64,000 nucleotides of DNA. It comes from an uncultured Bifidobacterium sp. GTDB taxonomy: Bacteria > Actinomycetota > Acidimicrobiia > Acidimicrobiales > Ilumatobacteraceae. Numbering within the stretch: position 1 is the stretch's first letter; each line of letters starts with the position of its first letter. Under the pieces are notes generated by a model, which was not told the origin of the DNA, did no database searches, and was given only the letters and a program-made list of their open reading frames with translations. The stretch is from assembly GCA_964416135.1 (NCBI GenBank), contig CAYQCU010000003.1:68815-132814 (forward strand), read 5' to 3'. The position numbers and the translations under genes were made by a program. Below are positions 44,977 to 51,736 of the stretch, piece by piece.

Positions 44977-45621
44977 GTGGCAGTGATCAGACTTTTCGCC
45001 GCGACAGCAGCGACCGAACGCCTCTCGGCACTGGTTGACGACCTGAAGTCGCACCCCCAGGTGGAGGTCATCGGAAAGGCGCACACCGGACGCGACACGT
45101 TCGAGGCTGTTCGCACCCAGAACTTTGATGCGCTCGTCATGTCCGAGCATCTCTCCGACGTCGCACGGGCATTGCGACTCTCGGGGGCCCTGCCGGAAGA
45201 AGTTCCGCCGGCACTCGTCGCCGCTTCCGAATCGCCCACCCCGGCGGCGATCGTGAGGTCGCTCGCCTACGGCTTCGACAGCATCTTGCCGGTACGAGAC
45301 GACTCCAACGCGGTCGTCAAGAGGCTGACGGAGATCGTCGATGGACGTCATCGCCTGGCTGAGGACTCGATCGTCGCCGATCTCGGAGTTCCTCATGCTC
45401 TTCTGGCCCGCACACTCGTCGTCGACGAGATGATCGACGGCCAGATCGCCGACCTGGTCGGGGCAGGTCTCGACGATCACAACATCGCACTGGTGACCTC
45501 CCGTTCCATCCAGGAAATTCGCAACCGAATCGAAGGTCTCCTGGTCACGAACGACCTCGCGACTCGCACACATCTCGCCGTGGTGAGAGCCGCACAGATC
45601 GTCGTGCCCGATCTTGCGTGA
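44977..45621 (+). CDS. LuxR/GerE-family regulator with pseudo-receiver domain
   Basis: GTG start. C-terminal HTH 'LDDHNIALVTSRSIQEIRNRIEGLLVTNDLATRTHLAVV'. The N-domain has 'RLFAATAAT' where the DD pocket is expected and 'FDALVMSEH' where the phospho-Asp is expected. It is a paralogue of 11074..11700. Confidence 0.7.
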   Translation: MAVIRLFAATAATERLSALVDDLKSHPQVEVIGKAHTGRDTFEAVRTQNFDALVMSEHLSDVARALRLSGALPEEVPPALVAASESPTPAAIVRSLAYGFDSILPVRDDSNAVVKRLTEIVDGRHRLAEDSIVADLGVPHALLARTLVVDEMIDGQIADLVGAGLDDHNIALVTSRSIQEIRNRIEGLLVTNDLATRTHLAVVRAAQIVVPDLA

Positions 45622-45643
45622 GATCTGAAGTCGAGATACGACG

Positions 45644-45916
45644 GTGACTGACCGCTGGTTTCGCATTCTCTCGGAAGCTTTCGACGCATTCTCGGTGATC
45701 GACGACCTTGACTTCACGGAGGTGTCACCAGATGGCGAGATCTACACCCGCTACCGCGTGGTGAGGATCACCCACGAGGCTGACAACCACCCCGACGGTT
45801 GGACCCACATGGCCAATGTCGTGAGGGTCAGGAAACACGCTCTCGGAGTTGCGTTGCTTCGCGTGACGGACCGCATCATCGAAGACGCCCGCGTGACCCT
45901 TGCACCCTTTACTTGA
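45644..45916 (+). CDS. Hypothetical protein (90 aa)
   Basis: GTG-started ORF 22 nt after the regulator, with protein-like composition and no recognisable motif. Confidence 0.4.
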   Translation: MTDRWFRILSEAFDAFSVIDDLDFTEVSPDGEIYTRYRVVRITHEADNHPDGWTHMANVVRVRKHALGVALLRVTDRIIEDARVTLAPFT

Positions 45917-45946
45917 CAGTGTCTAGGTAGTCCGTTAGACACTGTC
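45913..45946 (+). promoter_or_regulatory. Perfect 11-bp inverted repeat overlapping a TTGACA box, immediately upstream of the carotenoid oxygenase ATG
   Basis: TTGACA spans 45913-45918. GACAGTGTCTA (45915-45925), a 10-nt spacer and TAGACACTGTC (45936-45946) follow. TAGACA sits 17 nt after TTGACA, and the ATG at 45949 is 2 nt after the repeat. Confidence 0.5.
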
Positions 45947-45948
45947 TC

Positions 45949-47310
45949 ATGACTGACACCATCGACGCACAATCGGCCAACTTGTACCTGACCGGCAACT
46001 ACGCCCCGGTCGCCGAGGAAGTCACCGCATTCGATCTGCCGGTCATCGGCGAGTTGCCTCTCGACCTCAACGGTCGGTATCTGCGCAACGGTCCGAACCC
46101 GATGGAAGTCACCGACTCGGCCAGCTATCACTGGTTCATCGGGGACGGAATGGTGCACGGCATCCGTCTGCGAGAAGGACGAGCCGAGTGGTACCGCAAT
46201 CGCTATGTCGGCTCGTCGACCGTGAGTGCTGCTCGCGGACTGCCAGACATTCCGGGCCGCAACTGGAACAACTCACCAAGCGGCCCGAACACCAACGTCG
46301 GCGGATTCGCAGGAACGACGTGGGCCATGGTGGAAGCCGGCGGGTGCCCCGTCGAGCTCACATATGAACTCGAGACGGTCGGCCGCAACGACTTCTTCGG
46401 CACCCTGCCCGGTGCCTTCACTGCACACCCGAAAGTCGACCCCGCAACGGGCGAGATGCACGCCATCGCATACGCCTGGGCACAGTGGTTGGACCATGTT
46501 CAGTACGTACGGGTCGGCACCGACGGACGAGTGAACCGCACCGTCGACATTCCGCTGCCAGGTATGACGATGGCACACGATGTCTCGATCACCGAAAAGT
46601 ACATCGTGATCTACGACCAGCCGGTGTTGGTCGATCTTGACGCCGCATTCTCCGGTCGCCGATTCCCGTTCAAATGGGACGACAACTACGGCAATCGCAT
46701 CGGGCTCATGCCGCGCGAGGGAACAGCAGCCGACATCGTGTGGATCGATGTTCCGGTGGGCTACGTCTTCCACCCGATGAACGCCTACGACACCACGTCG
46801 GGCACGGTGATCCTCGACGTGTGTTTCTACGACACGATGATGCGCAACGACCTGAACGGCCCATTCGGCGATTCTCTCCCCCGCCTCGTGCGTTGGGAGG
46901 CGAACCCTGCAACACGCACCGTCAGCGTGACCACCATCGACGACAAGGTCAACGAGTTCCCCCGACACCGTGGCGCACTCACCGGCAAGCCCTACCGGTA
47001 CGGCTACTGCGCCCGGGTCGACTCGGCCAGCATGCACTGGCCGACCGTCAAGCATGACCTTGTCACCGGACGCCGCGAGGAATTCGACCATGGCCCCCAC
47101 CGGGCAGCCGGCGAGCCGGTCTTCGTGGGTCGCCCTGGCAGCACCGACGAAGATGACGGATGGCTGCTGACCTTCGTGCACGACGGCAGCGACGACTCGG
47201 CCGAGTTTGTGGTGATCGACGCACAGGATTTCTCGCGCGGCTATGTCGCCCGGGTCAAGCTGCCTCAGCGCGTGCCGTTCGGCTTCCACGGCAACTGGGT
47301 CCGCGACTGA
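45949..47310 (+). CDS. Carotenoid/apocarotenoid (or stilbene) cleavage oxygenase family protein
   Basis: 'NYAPVAEE' N-terminus with four His-ligand contexts: 'FTAHPKVDP', 'MAHDVSITE', 'YVFHPMNAY' and 'FGFHGNWV'. Confidence 0.9.
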   Translation: MTDTIDAQSANLYLTGNYAPVAEEVTAFDLPVIGELPLDLNGRYLRNGPNPMEVTDSASYHWFIGDGMVHGIRLREGRAEWYRNRYVGSSTVSAARGLPDIPGRNWNNSPSGPNTNVGGFAGTTWAMVEAGGCPVELTYELETVGRNDFFGTLPGAFTAHPKVDPATGEMHAIAYAWAQWLDHVQYVRVGTDGRVNRTVDIPLPGMTMAHDVSITEKYIVIYDQPVLVDLDAAFSGRRFPFKWDDNYGNRIGLMPREGTAADIVWIDVPVGYVFHPMNAYDTTSGTVILDVCFYDTMMRNDLNGPFGDSLPRLVRWEANPATRTVSVTTIDDKVNEFPRHRGALTGKPYRYGYCARVDSASMHWPTVKHDLVTGRREEFDHGPHRAAGEPVFVGRPGSTDEDDGWLLTFVHDGSDDSAEFVVIDAQDFSRGYVARVKLPQRVPFGFHGNWVRD

Positions 47311-47323
47311 CCTTTACCGCATC

Positions 47324-47399
47324 TGGAGCGGACGACGGGATTCGAACCCGCGACCCTCACCTTGGCAAGGTGATGCTCTACCAACTGAGCCACGTCCGC
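47324..47399 (-). tRNA. tRNA-Gly (anticodon GCC), CCA encoded
   Basis: The reverse complement GCGGACGTGGCTCAGTTGGTAGAGCATCACCTTGCCAAGGTGAGGGTCGCGGGTTCGAATCCCGTCGTCCGCTCCA forms a cloverleaf with anticodon loop UUGCCAA and T-loop TTCGAAT. Confidence 0.9.
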
Positions 47400-47451
47400 G
47401 TAGGACATGGAGTCTAGCGAGCGACATCCCGCCCGCAACGGGGCGCGATTC

Positions 47452-48378
47452 CTACAGCTGTTCGGGTGTCGCCGCGGCCTCAGCGGTCGGGCCCCGCTGG
47501 TCTCGCACGAGCATCGTGAGCGAGCCGATGACGATGCCGGCCCCCACGATCTGTAGCGCCGTCAGTGACTCACCGAACACCACCCATGCGAGTGCTGTCG
47601 AGACCACCGGACTCAAGAGACCGAGAATGGACGCCAGCGTCACGTCGAGATGACTCTGAGACCACGTCATCAGACCGTGTCCGACCACTCCCGGGCCTAT
47701 CGCCATTCCGATGACGCACCACCAGTCGAGTGCAGTCATCGCCCCGAGGTCATTCGATGCCACGAGCCCGAACGGCAAGACGACCGCCGCAGCCCACAGG
47801 AACACACCGGCAAGGAACGACCACGAATCGACACCGTCGACTCGCTGACGTTTGGCCAACAGGAAGTAACCGGTCCACAGCACCACGTTGGCGACCGCCA
47901 TCAGGTCGCCCGTCCAGTTCGCACCCGACGTCGACGCGGCCGCCAGCACCACCACGAGCACGCCGCCCATCGACACCGCACCCAGTCCGAGTTGTCGGGC
48001 CTGGAGACGCTCACCGAACAGTCTCGGCGCGACGAAGAGCACCAGCACCGGCTGGAGGTTCGTCACCAAGGTCGCATTGGCGATCGACGTCATCTTCACC
48101 GATGCGAAACCGGTGATGAACGAGAGCGAGAACAACAACCCCGGAAGCGCTGTGCGGCGCAGCACGTCACGCGACAGACCGCCGCCGACGCGTTGGGCCA
48201 TGAAGAACATGAGCGGCACGCCGACCGCCATGCGCCAGAACACGATGGCCGGCGTGTCCACCGTCATCGCCTTGTTCATGATCGGCCCGACACCCCATGC
48301 CACCACCGCCGTCACCGCGGCGATGACGTGAATGTCGTCGCGTTGGCGAAGTCGCTGACGTGCAGTGGAGGTGCTCAA
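47452..48378 (-). CDS. EamA/DMT-family transporter
   Basis: Ten hydrophobic helices in two repeats, typical of the drug/metabolite transporter superfamily. Confidence 0.85.
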   Translation of the reverse strand: MSTSTARQRLRQRDDIHVIAAVTAVVAWGVGPIMNKAMTVDTPAIVFWRMAVGVPLMFFMAQRVGGGLSRDVLRRTALPGLLFSLSFITGFASVKMTSIANATLVTNLQPVLVLFVAPRLFGERLQARQLGLGAVSMGGVLVVVLAAASTSGANWTGDLMAVANVVLWTGYFLLAKRQRVDGVDSWSFLAGVFLWAAAVVLPFGLVASNDLGAMTALDWWCVIGMAIGPGVVGHGLMTWSQSHLDVTLASILGLLSPVVSTALAWVVFGESLTALQIVGAGIVIGSLTMLVRDQRGPTAEAAATPEQL

Positions 48379-48385
48379 CTGTCGG

Positions 48386-48604
48386 TCACTTCTTGGCGTT
48401 CAGATCGACACGCAAGGTGAGTACACCGTCTTCGAGAGTGGCGGTCGCATCGCCGATGATCGCGAAATCCATGAAGTCGGTCTCGGCCTGGGCAATGAAG
48501 AGCTGACGCTCCTCTCCGGCAACCGGCGGCAACGGTCGTCGCCGCACAGCCGCGGCCCGCTCGCGGTAGCGGGCGATCATCTCGTCGGGGTCGAATGCTG
48601 CCAT
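48386..48604 (-). CDS. Hypothetical protein (72 aa)
   Basis: Compact ATG ORF ending 7 nt before the EamA start, with balanced composition ('MAAFDPDEMIARYRERAAAV...'). No motif recognised. Confidence 0.45.
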   Translation of the reverse strand: MAAFDPDEMIARYRERAAAVRRRPLPPVAGEERQLFIAQAETDFMDFAIIGDATATLEDGVLTLRVDLNAKK

Positions 48605-48644
48605 TGGTCTCTCCTTTGTGGTCTGGGGTTGGTGTTGTCGCGTC

Positions 48645-49064
48645 TCACAATGAGTCTGGGTCGTCGGCGGTGTCTGCCACCGGTCGACGCTGGCTCAACA
48701 ACGGGTCGATGATGTCGGGCACGACCGGACGCGGTCGGTCCACCACGTCGACCGCATCATCGTCGTGCGGGAACGGGTCACGGAACGGCCGTACGGGCTC
48801 GGACACCGGTTCGCGCACCAGAACAGGAGGCGCAGCACTCGCCGACACGGTCTCGGCTCCGGCTGGACGTGCATCGTTCAGGTATTCGATGCGCCGTTCG
48901 TCGTCGGCGCGAGCGAACCGTCTGTCTCCCATCACCTCGAGCGGCGCGAGCACGTCCGGGTCTTCCACCGCCGACCGCCAGAAAGCGACCGTGACGAAGA
49001 TCAGCACCACACCGATCACGACGAGACCCACACCGATCACGTTCACCAGCAGGCTCGAGGCCAT
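48645..49064 (-). CDS. Membrane-anchored hypothetical protein
   Basis: 'MASSLLVNVIGVGLVVIGVVLIFVTVAFW' forms a TM anchor, followed by an acidic/Pro-rich tail. Confidence 0.5.
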   Translation of the reverse strand: MASSLLVNVIGVGLVVIGVVLIFVTVAFWRSAVEDPDVLAPLEVMGDRRFARADDERRIEYLNDARPAGAETVSASAAPPVLVREPVSEPVRPFRDPFPHDDDAVDVVDRPRPVVPDIIDPLLSQRRPVADTADDPDSL

Positions 49065-49137
49065 CACAGGGGCGGGCTGCACCCCCTCATTCTCTCACGC
49101 ATCTCGGACAAGGACCCGGCTCTGCGACAATGGCCCT

Positions 49138-49509
49138 GTGTGGAATGCTGTCACGTCGCTCGGATTCATCGGGCTTCTCGTGGCAGCCACCGTCTGGCTC
49201 GCACCGCGCCAGCCCCAGTGGGTCTCGCGTGACAAACGCCGCTTCATCACCTTTGCCTGTCGGCTCGACGACGGACACGGCCGGCCGGGGCGCTGGGTAC
49301 GGGTTCACGGGCGAATCTCGGGCGACCGTGTCGCCCTCCGGCAGTCGTCGCTGGCACTCGGACGCCTCTCGGGCGAGTGGATCGTGGCCGGCGTCGACCG
49401 AGACGAGACGCACTCGGTGTACACGCTCGGGCCGCATGACCCGGTGCTGGTGCGCACCCGCCGCGACGGCCCGCTGGCTTCGATCCTCGACGACCGGCTT
49501 CCGAACTGA
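49138..49509 (+). CDS. Hypothetical membrane-anchored protein (DUF2550-like impression)
   Basis: The GTG-started tail of track ORF 48595..49509 has the TM 'WNAVTSLGFIGLLVAATVWLA' followed by 'RRFITFACRL...GRWVRVHGRISGDRVAL'. The upstream part of that ORF is antisense junk. Confidence 0.45.
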   Translation: MWNAVTSLGFIGLLVAATVWLAPRQPQWVSRDKRRFITFACRLDDGHGRPGRWVRVHGRISGDRVALRQSSLALGRLSGEWIVAGVDRDETHSVYTLGPHDPVLVRTRRDGPLASILDDRLPN

Positions 49510-49530
49510 GGCGACGCGAACGACGGGTGT

Positions 49531-50712
49531 TCAGAGCCTGTCGAGGAAGTCAGAAATCGCCGATCCGATCGCACCGGTCTCGATCAGGAAGCCGTCATGT
49601 CCTTCGGGGCTCGACACCTCCACGTGCGTCGTGCGAGGGTCACGCGACGCGAGTCGGGAGTGGATCATCTCCTGTTGGTACTTCGGATACAGAATGTCGG
49701 AATCGATCGACACGGTCAGAGTCGGCGCTGCGATGCGAGCCAGGGCCTTGTCGAGCCCGCCGCGACCACGGGCCACGTCGTGCAGATCCATCGCCTTGCC
49801 GATGTAGAGATAACTGTTCGCATCGAACCGACGCACGAGTTTGTCACCGTGGTAGTCGAGATACCCCTCCACGTCGAAGACCGAGAACAAGTCGATGCCG
49901 TCTTCGAACAAGCTGTCGCGCGCGAGATTGCGTCCGAATTTCTCGTTGAACTTGGTGTCGCTGCGGAACGTGACCTGTGCGATCTGACGTGCGATCGCAA
50001 GACCACGCCACGGACCGCCGTCCGGGCCCGCGTCGTAGTAGTCACCGCCGTGGTAGTTCGGGTCCATCCACAGCGCGCGACGACCGATCGCACCCCATGC
50101 GATCTGTTGGGCGCTCGCTTCGGCGCTGGTGGCGATCGCCAGCAGCGCACCGACACGGTCAGGGAACATGATCGCCCACTCGAGTGCCTGCATGCCGCCC
50201 ATCGATCCGCCGACGACGGCGTGCCACCGTGCAACTCCGAGATGATCGGCGAGGTGCGCTTGTGCGCGAACCATGTCACGGATCGTGACCACCGGGAAAC
50301 GGAGTCCGTACGGGCGACCGTCGTCGGGGTGCGGCGACGCCGGGCCGGTCGAGCCCTGACACCCGCCCAGCACGTTCACACAGACGATGAACAACTGTTC
50401 CGGGTCGATGGCATGCCCCCTGCCGACCACTCCTTCCCACCATCCGGGCGTCGGATGTCCGACACCGGCCGGACCCGACGCGTGGCTGTCACCGGTCCAT
50501 GCGTGACACACCAGCACGGCGTTCGATGCGTCGGAGTTCAGTGTGCCCCACGTCTCGTACGCCAGGGTCACATTCGTGAGACGCTCGCCACACTCCAACG
50601 AGAACGGGCGTTGGGTCGCGAACGAGAAGAACTTGCGGTCGCCGGTCGGTTGGTCGGGCGTCCACGCACCACTCGCCGGGTAGGGACCATCACCGTGGTA
50701 CGGCGTGTACAT
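49531..50712 (-). CDS. metX: Homoserine O-acetyltransferase
   Basis: GAAGGAGGG RBS 6 nt before ATG 50712. 'VLVCHAWTGDSHA', 'VVGGSMGGMQALEW' and the C-terminal 'GHDGFLIE'. Confidence 0.9.
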   Translation of the reverse strand: MYTPYHGDGPYPASGAWTPDQPTGDRKFFSFATQRPFSLECGERLTNVTLAYETWGTLNSDASNAVLVCHAWTGDSHASGPAGVGHPTPGWWEGVVGRGHAIDPEQLFIVCVNVLGGCQGSTGPASPHPDDGRPYGLRFPVVTIRDMVRAQAHLADHLGVARWHAVVGGSMGGMQALEWAIMFPDRVGALLAIATSAEASAQQIAWGAIGRRALWMDPNYHGGDYYDAGPDGGPWRGLAIARQIAQVTFRSDTKFNEKFGRNLARDSLFEDGIDLFSVFDVEGYLDYHGDKLVRRFDANSYLYIGKAMDLHDVARGRGGLDKALARIAAPTLTVSIDSDILYPKYQQEMIHSRLASRDPRTTHVEVSSPEGHDGFLIETGAIGSAISDFLDRL

Positions 50713-50755
50713 GGTTGTCCCTCCTTCGAGCATCGGCGTCTGTTGATGCGCACTC

Positions 50756-50861
50756 GGGAGAGTCGGCCGGCCTGTTGCCCCTTCGGGACCACATCCCCCG
50801 TTTTGCGACGGGGAGGCACCGTGCGGCTTTCACCCCGGTTGCCGGACCTGACGGTCTCTCC
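50756..50861 (-). promoter_or_regulatory. Structured 5' leader of metX; candidate SAM-responsive riboswitch (SAM-IV or SAM-I/IV-like)
   Basis: The minus-strand RNA reads GGAGAGACCGUCAGGUCCGGCAACCGGGGUGAAAGCCGCACGGUGCCUCCCCGUCGCAAAACGGGGG...GACUCUCC. It contains the 'CCGGCAACC' and 'GGUGCC' core-like elements, and GGAGAG/CUCUCC form a closing helix. The metX context is typical for actinobacterial SAM riboswitches. Confidence 0.4.
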
Positions 50862-50878
50862 TAATGCTTTGCCGAAGG

Positions 50879-51736
50879 CTAGCGGTCGTGGGGGTCGTTG
50901 GCGAGGTGTTTCTCGAGCCCGACAAGGGACGTGAAGTCGTTGAACGACACGTGGGTGTCGGGGTGGCCGCGCAATGTGCCCTCGCGCCGCAGACGCACGT
51001 AGGCATCGCCGAGGGCCTTGGCGGCCGACAACAGACCTGACAGCGGTGAGACCACCAGCCGAAAGCCCATCTCGGCCAACTCTTCGGGGGTGAGAAGGGG
51101 CGTCCTGCCCGCTTCCACCATGTTCGCGACGAGAGTGACACCCGCGAGCGACGAGGCGATCTGCTCCATCTCTTCGATCGACTCCGGTGCTTCCACGAAC
51201 ACAGCGTCGACACCGAGGTCGCGGGCCATCTTGGCCCGCTCGATTGCGTCGTCGAGACCGTGCACTGCTCGTGCGTCGGTGCGCGCGGTGACATGGAGGT
51301 CGGATCGCTCCGACAGAGCCGCACGGAGCGATGCGATCCAGTCGCGCGCCTCGACCACTTCTTTGCCGGACATGTGTCCGCACCGTTTCGGCCACACCTG
51401 GTCTTCGAGGAAGATGCCAGCAGCACCGCTCTCTTCCCACAGAGCGACGGTGCGGCGCACCTCAGATTCGTCGCCGTATCCGGTGTCGGCATCGACCACC
51501 ACCGACACCTCCGGAACCTGGGTACTGATGCGTCTGGCCGCATCGGCCACCTCGGCGCGGCCGAGAATGCCGATGTCGGGAACGCCGAGCAACGTGCCTG
51601 CGAGTGCGAACCCCGACACGAACACGGTGTCGAACCCGGCTTGTTCGGCGAGCAACGCAGACAACGGGTCCCACACACCCGGCATCAACACCGTCCCCGA
51701 CGCGATGCGCTCGCGCAGCACGTCGGAGTTGTTCAC
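50879..51736 (-). CDS. Isocitrate lyase/PEP mutase superfamily enzyme (methylisocitrate-lyase PrpB-like)
   Basis: GTG 51736 overlaps the upstream stop (GTGA). 'MPGVWDPLSA', 'VDADTGYG' and the 'FLEDQVWPKRCGHMSGK' active-site loop are present. The longer track ORF to 52051 overlaps the ligase gene. Confidence 0.85.
   Translation of the reverse strand: MNNSDVLRERIASGTVLMPGVWDPLSALLAEQAGFDTVFVSGFALAGTLLGVPDIGILGRAEVADAARRISTQVPEVSVVVDADTGYGDESEVRRTVALWEESGAAGIFLEDQVWPKRCGHMSGKEVVEARDWIASLRAALSERSDLHVTARTDARAVHGLDDAIERAKMARDLGVDAVFVEAPESIEEMEQIASSLAGVTLVANMVEAGRTPLLTPEELAEMGFRLVVSPLSGLLSAAKALGDAYVRLRREGTLRGHPDTHVSFNDFTSLVGLEKHLANDPHDR

Noticed and set aside
11821-47399. Possible genomic island bounded by tRNA-Cys and tRNA-Gly
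   Set aside because: I saw no integrase, recombinase, transposase, direct repeats of tRNA 3' ends or phage genes. The content is mostly housekeeping-type metabolism with host-like GC.
49130-49807. 225-aa + strand ORF
   Set aside because: It is mostly antisense to metX and is Ser/Arg-rich. The alternative frame (49138-49509) gives a TM-anchored, protein-like product.
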